A stretch of DNA of 64,000 bases from Chrysemys picta bellii (Eukaryota): assembly GCF_011386835.1 (NCBI RefSeq), contig NC_088800.1, positions 8,494,001 through 8,558,000 on the forward strand, read 5' to 3'. Position numbers and translations under genes: made by a program. Under the pieces are notes generated by a model, which saw nothing but the letters and a program-made list of their open reading frames with translations, did not search any database and was not told the origin of the DNA. How positions within the stretch are numbered: the first letter of the stretch is position 1; each line of letters opens with the position of its first letter. Positions 26,305 to 38,405 of this stretch are shown here, piece after piece.

Positions 26305-27435
26305 ATAGCATAAACTATGACCAACATCAATGGCAGCTTTGTGGCGATTTGAAGGTTGTTGCTCTCTTGCTTGGTCTGCAGACTGGATACACAAAGTACT
26401 GCTGTTTTCTCTGCGAATGGGATAGTCGTGCAAGAGATTCCCACTACATCAAGAAAGATTGGCCATTCCGACAATCATTGGAGCCTGGGAGGAAAAGTGT
26501 TCAGCATCCACCACTTATTGAATCAAGGAAGATTTTGTTACCACCCTTACACATCAAGCTGGGTCTGATGAAGAACTTTGTCAAGGCCATTGACAAAACA
26601 CAAGCAGCTTTCAAGTACCTCCGTGGAAAATTTCCAAGGTTAAATGAAGCTAAGATAAAGGAAGGTGTCTTTGTTGGTCCTCAGATTCGTGAACTTCTTC
26701 GAGATGATGCATTTGACCATGCACTGCGTGGCAAGGAAAAGACGGCACGGAAAGCCTTCCAGTTAGTGGCAATAAATTTTCTCGGAAACAACAAGGCAGA
26801 CAACTACAGGTTGTTGGTGGAAAACCTCCTCAAGGCATACAAAAGCCTTCGTTGCAACATGTCGCTAAAGATACATTTTTGCACTCTCATCTAGATTTTT
26901 TTCCACGGAACTGCGGAGCAGTGAGCGACGAGCACGGCGAGCGATTTCACCAGGACATTGCAACAATGGAGAAACGCTATCAGGGCAAATGGAGCCCATC
27001 AATGCTTGCACACTATTGCTGGACAGTGACAAGAGATGCTCCATTTAATGAATACAAGAGACAAGCCAAGAAGCGCCGAGTAGACACTAAATAGGACTAA
27101 ACTATGTACATAATAGTTTTTTGCCTTTTGTTTCATAATAAATTTTATTTATATAACCCTTTTGCTGATTTTTAAAGTGTTACATAAACAGGACAGGTGA
27201 AATGTTATCATGTAAAGCAACCATAAACACATGAAAAGACCTAGATTTACAATTTATGATTAAAACTCTACTATCTACACAATATACATAGACATAAAAT
27301 GTAAAAACTTAAATATCTTCGAAACAGTAGCCTATCAGTTGTTTTGTCATATTTGAATTCAGCACATCAAAATACATAATAAATAGCACATTTTATCTCT
27401 GAAGCAGACTACGTCTCAAAAATTGTAGACCAGTG
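26305..27435 (+). mobile_element. Chapaev3 (CMC superfamily) DNA transposon, 3' half with transposase C-terminus and right end
   Basis: Peptide QWQLCGDLKVVALLLGLQTGYTKYCCFLCEWDSR...PPLHIKLGLMKNFVKA...GVFVGPQIR...SLKIHF/LHSHLDFFP...SDEHGERFHQDI...YCW, with one frameshift near 26880. Terminus ...TTGTAGACCAGTG (CAC...GTG type). Confidence 0.85.
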
Positions 27436-27950
27436 TTTTTTAAGATCATTCCGAATTCTAATCCTGTCATTCCAACCCCTTCCAGCTTGGCGTTATCTGA
27501 AAATTTTACAGAAGTGTACTCTCTGCTCCATCATCAAAGTCATTAATGAAAATATTTAACAGCACTGGAACTGACCACTGTGGTACCCCACTTGATATGT
27601 CCTCCCAGTTTTACAGCAAACCATTGATAACTACTCTGAGCATGTTTCTTCAACCATCATTTGCCCACCTTATATTAATTTCATCTAGATCTAGTTTGCT
27701 TATGAGAATGTCATGTGGGACTGTGTCAACAGCCATATTAAAGTCAAGCTATAACCATATCTACTGCTTCCCCCCATCCAATAGGCCAGTTACTGTGTCA
27801 AAGAAGGAAATTAAGTTGGTTTGGCATGATTTACTCTTGACAAATCCACGTTGGCTATTACTTATCACCTTACTATCCTCTAAAATCTTACAAATTGATT
27901 GTTTAATAATTTGTTCCAATATCTTTCCAGGTACTGAAGCTAGGCTGATG
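27436..27950 (-). mobile_element. CR1 LINE fragment (part 2 of the same split copy)
   Basis: RT region (PGKILEQIIKQ, QRGFVKSKSCQTNLISFFD). Collinear with part 1 apart from roughly 90-100 bp missing at the junction (estimated from recalled consensus). Confidence 0.85.
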
Positions 27951-28380
27951 GGTTCCTTAAGTTCCATGAGAATTTATGCTTAGCAAAATATTTATGGTTT
28001 CAGTGCGAGATCTTGAAAGGGGTGGGATGAGAGGGAGGAAAGAAACATGAAAGCAAAAGCAGCAAACACTACTGTGAAACTCATGGCCATAAAAATGGAA
28101 ATACTATTAATTACCTGGAATGGGAAAATAAAGGAAGTTAAACATACAGTTTACAATATAGTAAAGTGAAAAATGCAATTTACAGATTGAAAAGGCTAGT
28201 GGTTTTTTTTTTTTTTTAATATATAAAGGAAAGATGACCGATCAATCCATCAGCTTACTTCTGTTCTGATTCAAAGACACTCACTTTTTTTTTTTTTAAA
28301 CTAGTCCGAATCAGAAATCACTCATAAGTGAATGCACACTCAAGAAACAAAGTTCAAATAAACCATGGTACTCTACTTAC

Positions 28381-28440
28381 CCACTGGACTGGTACCAGCT
28401 CCATTTGGCACTGTGAGATCTGCCGTACCCAAAATACCAC
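28381..28440 (-). CDS. MEF2A: MEF2A exon (60 nt, G-GILGTADLTVPNGAGTSPV-G)
   Basis: Translated by hand. Acceptor ttgttag, donor gtaagt. Phase 1/1 fits both neighbouring exons. Similar to recalled human GGMLSTTDLTVPNGAGSSPVG. Confidence 0.95.
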
Positions 28441-28555
28441 CTAACAATTAACAAAATCAAAGATAAAGCTGATCAATTTTCATTAGTACATGTACTGTAC
28501 TAATGTAATGTACTGTATCACATTAAAACATTTCATAACAATAAGCAGCAGCATA

Positions 28556-29907
28556 AGAGGAGACGGGAGAACTGGCTGCTCCGTGAGGAGGAAACTGGCT
28601 GCTGATCACCTCGGTCAGTAGACAGTGCTCCACCCTGGTCCCCTATCCATAGGGATCAAGAACTGGTATGCTGTACTGGCAATAGGAGGTGAAGAGCAGA
28701 TACCAATGGCTGATGAGGAGCTGCCATTCACCCCAAAGCTAGGAAGCTCACTGCCACTGCACCCGAGGAGATGTACTGTGATGGTGGACAGGGACTCCCT
28801 TTGAGGGAATACAGGCATCCATCTGCCGATCTGACATGATGTCCCGGGAGTTGTGCATCTGGAGCCCTCATCTGAGAAGTTACGGAAAGTTGCAGATGCT
28901 CATACATCCTTCTGATCACTACCCTATGCAGCTCATCCATGTGGACACTAATGATACTGCCAGGTCTGACCCTGAGCAGATCAGCAGTGACTGCAGGGCT
29001 CTAGGAGTGAGGGAGGAGTCAGAGTCAGGGGTGCAGGATGTGTTCTTGTCCATTCTCCTGATTGAGGGTAAGGGCCCAGGCAGAGGGACATCCTGGAGAT
29101 GAATGCATGGCTATGCAGATGGTGTCTACAAGAGGATTTTGGCTTCTTCAACCACGGGATGCTGTTCCGGGAAGAAGGTCCGCTAGGAAGAAATGGGGTC
29201 CACCTGACCAAGAAGGAGAAGAGCATCTTTGTGTATCGACTTGCCAACTTAGTGAAGAGGGCTTTAAATGAGGGCAAGTGACAAAAGCCCACAGGTAAGA
29301 ATAAAAACAGATGACCTTAACGGGGGAGAGGGAGGCATGGACAATTACAATAGGGTCAAAGGAGCAACAAAAGGAAATCAGTGGGGGAAATCTGATCAAC
29401 ATTTTAGATGTCTGTGCACAAATACAAGGAGTATGGGGAATAAACAGGAAGAACTGGAAGTATTAGTACATAAGCTAAATTCTGATTTAACTGGCATCAC
29501 AGAGACTTTGGGGGATAAATTTCATGACTGGAATTTTTTTTTTACAGAGGTATAGCTTGTTCAGAAAAGACATTTGGGAAAAAAGGGAGGATGGGTTGCA
29601 TTGTACATAAAAGATGTATACAGCTGTTCTGAGGTCCAGAAGGAGGTTGGAGACAGACCAGTTGAGAGTCTCTTGGTAAAAATAAAAAATTTAAAAATAG
29701 AGGTGATGTCATGGTGGGGGGTCTGCTGTAGACCACCAAACCAGGAAGAGGAGATGGATTGGACATTTCTAAAACAATTAATAGAAATATCCAAAACAAA
29801 AGATGTTGTAGTAATGGGGGACTTTAGCTATCCAGCCATCTGTTGGGAAAATAATTCAGCAAAAGACAAAATTTCCAAAAAGTTTTTGGAATGTACTGGG
29901 GACAAAA
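28556..29907 (+). mobile_element. CR1 LINE, 5' part (ORF1 esterase remnant and ORF2 endonuclease start)
   Basis: ORF1 motifs IHVDTNDT and FGFFNHG...GVHLTKK. ORF2 motifs CLCTNTRSMGNKQEELE, GWVALYIK, CRPPNQEEE and VMGDFSYPAICW. Cut by the DIRS element at ...GGGGACAA. Confidence 0.9.
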
Positions 29908-30299
29908 AAAAAACACCCGTTACTCACCTTCTCATAACTGTTGTTCTTCAAGATGTGTTATTCATGTATATTCCAATCAGGTGTGCATGCCGCATGCACA
30001 GTCGTCGGAAAATTTTCCCTTACCAGCTCCCTTCAGGTTGGCTGTGAGCCCGCTGGAGTGGCGCCTTCATAGCGCTCAATATACGACCCTGCCGACCCGA
30101 CCCCCCTTCAGTTCCTTCTTGCCATCTACTCTGACAGAGGGGAAGGAGGGTGGGTATTGGAATGGACGTGAACAAGACATCTCGAAGAACAACAGTTATG
30201 AGAAGGTAAGTAACTGTTTTTAATTCTTCGAATGCTTGTTCATGACGATTCCAATCAGGTGACTCCCAAGCTCTACCCCAGAGATAGGGTCGGAGTTAA

Positions 30300-31092
30300 G
30301 GAATGCCGAATGCTGCATCATCTCTGGCGTGTTGGGTGATAGCACAGCAAGAGGTAAAAGTATGCACTGATGACCAAGTTGCAGCCCTGTAGATCTCTGG
30401 TATTGGGACCTGGGCCAGCAACACAGCTGACCAAGCTTGTGCCCTTGTGGAATGTGCTGTAAGAGTTGCAGCTGGGACCTTGGCTATTTGTAACGTGTGC
30501 GGATGCAGGATGTGATCCAGGAAGATATTCTTTGAGATGAGACTGGGAGTCCTTTCATCCCGTCTGCTACTGCCATGAACAGTTGGTTCGACTTCCTGAA
30601 CGGTTTCATGCGCTTGATGTAGAATGCTAGTGCTCTCCGAACATCCAGTGAGTGCAGCCTCTGCTCTTGGGTATTGGTGTGAGGCTTAGGATAGAAGACG
30701 GGTAGAAAAATGTCTTGACCAGTGTGGAATTGTGACACTACTTTGGGAAGGAAGGCTGGGTGAGGCCTGAGCTGCACCTTGTCCTTGTGAAAGACCGTAT
30801 AGGGTGGGCTGGAGGTCAGCCCCTTTAATTTGGACACCCGTCCAGCTGATGTGATGGCGACCATGAAGGATACCTTCCACGACAAATAGAGCAGGGAGCA
30901 AGTTGCCAGCGGTTCAAGGGGGGCCCCTGTGAGCTTGCAGAGGATGAGGTTAAGGTCCCATGAGGGAACCGGTTGTCTAATCTGTGGGTATATGCTTTTC
31001 AAGCCCTTGAGGAAATGTCCTACCATGGGGTTAGCGAACACAGAGTGTCCAGATGCTCCCAGATGGAAGGCTGAGATAGCATCAAGGTGCAC
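30300..31092 (-). pseudogene. DIRS tyrosine recombinase (frameshifted, catalytic Tyr lost)
   Basis: Contains AITSAGRVSK...PHPAFLPKVVSQFH...LDVRRALAFY. After a frameshift near 30490 it continues TAHSTRAQA...AATWSSVHTFTSCCA; the usual motif is FTxHY. Confidence 0.85.
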
Positions 31093-31177
31093 CTTGACGG
31101 ATGATGTTGCTAGGCCCTGCTGTTTGAGATGCAGAAGCTACTCCAGGATGAGTGGTATAGATGCCTGGAGTGGAGTA

Positions 31178-32780
31178 TCATTGTTGACAGGGCCACGCTG
31201 GGGCCAGCAGAATCACCTCTGCTTTGTCCCTGCAGATCTTGAGCAGCACCTTGTGTATGAGTGGGACCAGTGGGAAGACATACATGAGGCAGTCTCCCCA
31301 GAGTAGCAGAAATGCATCCGTGATTGAACCCGGGCTGCATTTCTGGAAGGAGTAGAACACTAGGCATTTCCTATTGCTCTGGGTGGCGAATAGGTCGACC
31401 TGGAGAAATCCCCACCTTTGGAAGATGGGATGAAGAACATCTGGACAGAGGGACCATTTGTGGTTGCAGAATGATCTGCTAGCTTGTGCTGCGCTCCTGG
31501 GAGATCATTCACCTGAAGGCGTCCTGAGTGGGCTATGCAGAACTCCCCTAGTTGGAGGAATAGGACATAGGGGGGAGGAATGGGCTCCACCCTGATTGCT
31601 GATGTAAAATGTAGCAGTGGTGTTGTCCATCATCACTGCCACACTTTGACCTTGCAGCCGGGACTGGAAAGTCTGGCATGCCAGTCGCACTGCTCTGAGC
31701 TCCCCGATATTGATATGAAGGTGGAGTTCGTCCTGCGACCACAGGCCCCGTGTTCGGAGATCTCCCAGATGTGACACGTCCATTAGTAGAGACAAGGAAG
31801 GCAGTAGGCTGTTGAAGGTGACACCTTCGCATACCATCTGAGGGTTGAGCCACCAATGTAGAAACTCTAGTGTGTGTCCTGGAACCGTCACTACTGAGTT
31901 CAGCCTGTCGCGCCACGGGCGGTATATCTGGGCGAGCCACACTTGAAGGGGTCTGAGCGTCATTCTGGCATACCTGACTACTTAAGTGCAGGCTGCCATG
32001 TGTCCAAGGAGACTCAGGCATCCCCTGGTGGTAGTGGTCAGGTACTGCCTGAGGCTTTGAATAACGTCTGGAAATGGGTCTCTAGCAGGGATGTCCTTGC
32101 CTGTACTGAGTCCAGCACCGCTCCAATTAATTCTATTCTTTGGGACAGTGATAAGGTTGACTTGTTCACTTCGAGGAGTCCCCCCAATCTCTCGAACTTG
32201 GACCTGACCAATCATACGTGAGACTTTATCTGCTCCCTGGTACGGCCCCTGAGCAGCCGGTAGTCCAGGTATGGGTATACCTGCACTTGCCTCCTCCGGA
32301 GGAAGGATGCTATGACCGATATGCAGTTGGTGAATACTTGGGGGGCTGTAGACAGACCAAATGGGAAGACCGTGAACTGATAGTGTTTGTGGTTGACCAC
32401 AAACTGGAGAAAACGTCTGTGCACAGGCCAAATGGCTATGTGAAAGTACGCATCTTTCACATACGCGTACCAGTCTCCTGGATCCAGGAAAGGGATAATA
32501 GTGCTCAGGGAGGCCATGCAGAACTTCAACTTCATCATGAACTTGTTGAGTTCTCGCAGGGCAAAGATGGGTCTGAGGCCCCTCTTTGTCTTGGGGATTA
32601 GGAAATAGCGGGAGAAGAATCCCTTCCCTTTAGATCCTGAGGAACCTCCTCCGCTGCTCCCATGGCGAGGAGTGCCTGCACCTCCTGGATAAAGAGTTGC
32701 TCATGAGAAGGGTCCCTGAAGAGGGATGGGGAAGGAGGGTGGGAGGTAGGGAAGGAGCAGAATTGGAGAGAATATCCCAT
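31178..32780 (-). pseudogene. DIRS pol (RT / RNase H / methyltransferase-like), fragmented
   Basis: Motifs KDAYFHIAI, QFTVFPFGLSTAPQVFT, YPYLDY, HINIGELRAVRLA, DNTTATFYISNQGG and VILLAPAWP are spread over several broken ORFs. Confidence 0.85.
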
Positions 32781-32999
32781 TTCTACTGTGCGAAGGACAC
32801 AGCAGTCTGATGTTATTTGGGACCATGCACGGTAAAAGTGGGACAGACGATTCAGAAAGCATGTCTATCTAGTGGATAGACATGTGCGCTGTCCTCGGGC
32901 GTCCCTTCAAAAGGCCTGTTTAGATCCTAATGAAGGTCTGGACTGGCCTTGGGCTTTCCCCGAGGTGGGGTTGGAAGGTTTGCATCTGCCGTTCCTGCC

Positions 33000-34993
33000 C
33001 CTTCGCCTATAGAAATCCTGCCTCGGCCAAGGAGGATATGGGCGCTATTGTTGCAGTTGGGGCTTGAAGTGCTTGCGTTGGGTTGCTGGCGTGTGCATTC
33101 CCAACAATTTCATTGTCGCCCTGGAATCTTCCAAGCTATGCAGCTTGGAGTCTGTCTGTTCGGAGAACAGCCCCGCGCCCTCAAAGGGGAGGTCCTGCAG
33201 GGTTTATTGTAACTCCGGGGGTAGTCTGGACACCTAAAGCCATGATGTCTTCTTTATGGCTATGCCTGAGAAGGTATGGGCATCTGAGTCCACAGAGTCT
33301 AGGGATGCCTGCAGCAAAGTCCGTGCCACCGCCTTCCCTTCCTCGACAGTGGGGAGAACTCAGACCTAGAGTCTGGAGGAATTAGCTCTTTTACTAGAGA
33401 GCATGCCCCAAGTGCAAAAACAGATATTTGCAGCCTGTGGAAGGGACCAAGTATTTTCGTTCCACATCCCTGGCGGTCGGTGGAATCGAGGCCGGTGTCT
33501 GCCACAGATTCCTGATGTTGGTCTGAATGGTCTTGATCAATGGCAGAGCTACCCGCGATGGACCTTCGGGAGTAAGAATGTCCATCGTGAGGTCCTCAGC
33601 CTCGATCACCTCCTCTGCTTGCAACCCCATGTTGCGGGCAATCCGCCTCAGAAGGCCCTGATGTGCCCTATGGTCAGTCATTGGAGGGCCCGAAGCTGAA
33701 GCTCTTGCCACTTCCTCGTCAGGGGATGAGGATGAGGTGGCTGGAGGAGGTAATGGGTCCTCCTGTACCTTCGGCTCCCTGACCTCCTCTTGGACAACGT
33801 CTGCCCCTGTGGCGGCCATAGCTGAGACGACTGTAGTCTGAGCCTGTGGCTGGTCCTGTGCTGGAGTAGCCTCGGCAGTGGCCTGAGGCTGAGGGGGCAG
33901 CTGGGACTAGGTGGCCTCGGATCCCCAAGGTGTAGGCCTGTCCCTGGCAGAGTAGGGCGGTTGGTGTGCCGACGCAGCTGACCATGAAGCCCCTGAAAGG
34001 GAGCCCTGGGGCTGATGGTAAGCCCAGGGAGTCAAAAGAACCATTGTGCAGGGGGCTGCCAGTGCAGCTGCCAGAGTGGCTGTGCCTCCCTATGTCACCT
34101 GTGCGACCTATGCTGACTATGCCTGGATATTATGAGTCACCGTCAGAGTCCAAGGAAGTGGACCCTGAACGTGATAACCAAGGTGGAGCTGAGGAGCCCT
34201 GCACAGGAAACTGGTGCCGAGCCGAAGAGGCAGGAGACCGGTGCCGTAGATCGGCGAGTATCCGGTGCTGGCAATCAAGGACACAATGTTGGTGCTGACT
34301 TGGTGCCGGTGATCGGTGCCAGTCCACCCTTGGTGCCGGAGAGGGGGAGCGTCTCGGCGGTGATGGAGATGCTCTGACTGAGCACGGTGCCGGACAGCGG
34401 TGCCACGGCGATTGCGACTGTAAGAGGTGCCGCGGATGGTGTTGAGCCAGGGACTGTGAGCGCCGCATCATGGCCGGTTTACCTCTAGATGGTACCGTAC
34501 GTATCAGTACAGGAGGTTTGTCCCTCAGAGCTGGGGGCTGTGAAGCCATCAGTTCAATAAGGTCTCTGGCAGCTTCAAAAGCGTCCAGGGTGGAAGGTGG
34601 CTCAAACTCCTTCACCCAGCACTGCCCTTGCGGCAAGACACAGTGTGCTGGACTCAACAGTCCCTTCCGGGAAGCCGAAGTTAACGGCAGAGACTTGTGT
34701 TGTTTAGGCATCAATTCCGTTCTGAAGTGCGCCTGTGCATCTCCTGACAGTCCCATGGCTTTCCTAGCCAGTGAGCACTCTCTATCAGCCTTCTTATGGC
34801 ACTTGTGCGGCACCAGCAAGGTGGAGCAGTGCCGGGGCACTGTCCCTGGCTGCGGTGCCGGGGAGCACCAGTGCCAAGGGTCTCTTAAACTAGAGTAATT
34901 ACTCGGCACCGTGTCGCACACCGATGCCGGAGCGCTCCATACTGATGCACTCAGTGCCAAGTCCTGGCGGTCCGCAAGTGAGAACTGTTCCAA
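33000..34993 (-). pseudogene. DIRS gag/ORF1, including a LAP2alpha-like segment
   Basis: Pro/Ser/Arg-rich ORF 34130..34993 and ORF 33394..33819 (RVALPL...LWQTPASIPPTARDVERKY) lie between the 5' ITR and pol. Confidence 0.65.
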
Positions 34994-35185
34994 TGGCCAT
35001 TACGGACGGTAAGAAGGAACTGAAGGGGAGTCGGGTCGGCAGGATTATATATTAAGCACCATGCCACTCCAGGGGGCTCCACAGCCGACCCGACGGGAGC
35101 TGCTAAGGGAAAACTTTCCAACGACCATGCACGTGGCATGCGCACACCTGATTGGAATTGACGTGAACAAGCACTCAAAGAAGAA

Positions 35186-36966
35186 TTTTTGTTCCAGAAA
35201 GTAGAGGAAATAACGAGGTGGACAACAATTTTAAACTTGATTCTGACCAACAGGTAGGAATTGGTAGCGAATCTGAAGATGAAAGGCAATTTGGGTGACA
35301 GTGATCATGAAACAGTTTGGAATGATATGATGAAATAATATATTTCATGATTCTATGGAAAGGAAGGAGTGAGAGCAGCAGAATAAGGACAATGGACTTC
35401 AAAAAAGCAGACTTTAACAAACTCAAAGAATTGGTAGGTAAGGTCCCTTGGGAAGAAAATCTAAAAAAAGTTCAGGAGAGCTGGCAGTTCCTCAAAGAGA
35501 CTATAATACAGACAACTGCCAAACTATTCTGATGGAAAGATGGGGAAAATAGGAAAAGGCCAATATAGCTATAATATCAGTTCTTTAATGACCTGAAAAT
35601 CAAAAAGGAATCTGGTAAATATGGAAATATGGACAAATTGATAAGGAGTACAAAAGACCAACAGAAGTACGGGACAAAATTTTTAGGCACCTGGAGGATA
35701 ATAAGGTTATAAGGAATAGTCAGCATGGATTTGTCAAGAACAAATCATGCCAAACCAACTTAACTGTGATAGCATTACTCATGTACTGGATAAGGGGGAA
35801 GCAGTAGACGTGATGTACCTTGATTTTCGTAAGGCTTTTGACACAATCCCGCATGACATTTTCATAAGCAAATTAGGGAAATGTGGTCTAGATGAAATTA
35901 CTATAAGGTGGCTGCACAACTGGTTGAAATACTATACTCAAAGAGTAGTTCTCAATGGTTTGCTGTCAAATTGTGAGGGCACATCAAGTGGGATCCCACA
36001 GGGGTCAGTCCTGGGTCTGATACTATTCAGTATTTTCATTGATGACTTGGATAATGGAGTAGAGAATATGCTTATAAAATTGGCAGATGACACCAACCTG
36101 GAAAGGGTTGCAAGCACCGTGGAGGACAGGTTTAAAAATCAAGATGATCTTGACAAATTGGAGAATTGGCCTGAACTCAACAGAACAAAATCCAATAAAG
36201 ACAAGTGCAAAGTACACTGCACATAGGAAGGAAAAATAAAGTGCACAACTACAAAATGGGGAATAATTGTCTAGGTGGTAGTACTGTTGAAAAGGATCTG
36301 GAGGTTATATTGGACCACAAACTGAATGAGAGCAGTCATTGAGATTCAGCTACAAAAAGGCTGAAATGATTCTGGGGTGTATTAACAGTATGTAAGCCAC
36401 AGGAGGTAATTGTCCCTCTCTACTTGGCACTAGTGGGGCCCCAGCTGGAGTACTGTGTCCCATTATGGGAACTACAATTTAGGAAAGATATGGACAAACT
36501 GGAAAGAGTCCAGAGGAGAGCAACAAAAATGTTAAAAACTTTAGAAAACCTGATTTAAGAGGAAAAGTTTAAAAAAAAAGGGGGCATATTTAGTCTTGAG
36601 AAAAGAAGACGGGGGAGAGGGGGGCCTAAAAACAGTCTTCCAATACACTAAGGGCTGTTATAAAGAGGATAGTGATCAATTGTTCTCCATGTCCACTGAA
36701 GATAGGACAAGAAGTAATGGGCTTAATCTTCAGCAAGGGTGATTTAGGTTAGGCATTAAGAAAACCTTTCTAACTCGAAGGGTAGTTAAGCTCTGGAATA
36801 GGCTTCCAAGGGAGGTCACAGAATCCTCATCATTGGAAGCTTTTACAAACAAGTTGGATAAACACCTGTCAGGGATAGTCTACATTTACTTGGTCCTGCC
36901 ACAGTGCAGGGGGCCGGACTTGATGACTTCTCGAGGTCCTTCCAGTCCTACATTTTTATGATTTTA
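35186..36966 (+). mobile_element. CR1 LINE, 3' part (end of endonuclease, RT, 3' UTR)
   Basis: Resumes in register (FQKVEEITR..ILxLILTN). RT motifs YLDFRKAFD, GIPQGSVLG and LADDT. Ends in a degenerate (TTCTATGA)-like tail near 36950-36966. Confidence 0.92.
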
Positions 36967-37078
36967 TCCATTCAAGAAATCACAATTACAGCATACAGTT
37001 TTGCTAGTTTTTCATAATGTAAGCTTTATGGGAATTGAAGGGGAATAAAGAAGAAATGTAGCACTACTGAAGTCTTAC

Positions 37079-37298
37079 CTGCATTGCCAGTACTTGGCGG
37101 TCTCTGAGGGGCTCCGGGTGATACATTTCGATGTAACGTGGCCTGAGGTGGGGAGAGCATGGTCGTGTCTGTTAATGATGAACTGGCTGCCAGTGATGGG
37201 GATACAAGGGAACTCCCTGGGTTACTGTAGGTTAAAGTATTGGGGTTGGACACTGGAACCGTAACAGACATTGAAAAGTTCTGGGGAGGCAAGCCAGG
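37079..37298 (-). CDS. MEF2A: MEF2A exon (220 nt, PGLPPQNFSMSVTVPVSNPN...PQRPPSTGNA-G)
   Basis: Lies within ORF 37026..37292. Acceptor ttttgttttcag, donor gtaaga. Peptide matches the MEF2A transactivation region. Confidence 0.97.
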
Positions 37299-38405
37299 CT
37301 GAAAACAAAAACAAGAACATATTAATATTGCACAGTAATGTTTGTCAAGGCTATAATATTGAGATAAAGTCAGATTAATTATGTTAGTTTAGTAATTTTG
37401 TATCACGGTAAAAATGCACACTTATAAAACATCCACTCTGAAGAGACTGTTATTGTGATCTACAGTACTTTAGTTAAAGATACATTTCAATAAGGTCATT
37501 TATCAATGTCAGGTATATTAAGAGCTACAGTTTGTAAACATTAGACTGGAGATATTTTATTGATATTCATCCATTAACTTTAATCAGAAGTATGCCATTA
37601 TTTAACATTTGATTCCCGATACCAGAAAGCCAGTTGATAAGCTATACATTTTAATAATCAATGAATCTGCTGCATCCTCAAAATGTAAGAATACATAAAC
37701 ATGCACAGTATAAAACAAAACTGAGTCAGTCATGAGACAAAAGAAAAAAGTTAGTAATGGTATATTTTTTCTGATAATATTGACATTGAAATTAAAGTAT
37801 TACTATTGTTATCTATCTATAAAAACCCACAAATACTTTTTACAGACTAGAAAATTAAGAAGTGAAGTAGGTTTATTCCAAAATTGATTAGCTGATTTTT
37901 CATCTGTGTATGGGTATCAGAGTAATACATTCTATAGTATACAGAACTATTTACCTGAATACTAATGAATTTCTGTAAATTAGTTATATGTTAGAGTGCT
38001 AATTATTTGAATATAGAAATTTTGATTGAATCTTTATTTCTTAGTTACATACATACTCAATATGAAAACATTTAATACCCAATAAGCTTTAGAAAATACA
38101 AGGATTATAACCAAATTTTTTGAAATCATAATTTTATATAATTAAGAATTATAATGATCTGTTAAGAAGGCACTCTCCATATGTAAACATCCATCCAATA
38201 AGCTGCATTATTGATATTTTATTTTTACATGCAGGCCACTTCAAAGAACTTTTTAATATCTGACAAATTATTTATTTTTGCACTAAATTTTTAAACATAC
38301 ACTACAAATTTTTAAGCAGCACAAGGCAACACCTTCAACAATTCCAAAAATGTAACAAAGGCAATGAATAGTAATATCCTTGTACGTGTTTCTTTCTACG
38401 TAGAA

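Larger units (their letters stand above)
29908..35185 (-). mobile_element. DIRS-1-like tyrosine-recombinase retrotransposon, full architecture but decayed
   Basis: Inverted terminal repeats (~29970-30125 vs ~35005-35160). Internal complementary region ~30160-30262. Fragments of gag (33394-34993), RT (32212-32538, YLDY), RNase H (31505-31963), methyltransferase-like (31178-31360) and tyrosine recombinase (30484-31092 plus the HSTR motif near 30445). Interrupts a CR1 ORF2 with no TSD visible. Confidence 0.92.

Noticed and set aside
34470-34898. Plus-strand 142-aa ORF and other long antisense ORFs within 29900-35200
   Set aside because: These are shadow frames of GC-rich DIRS gag/pol, not independent genes.
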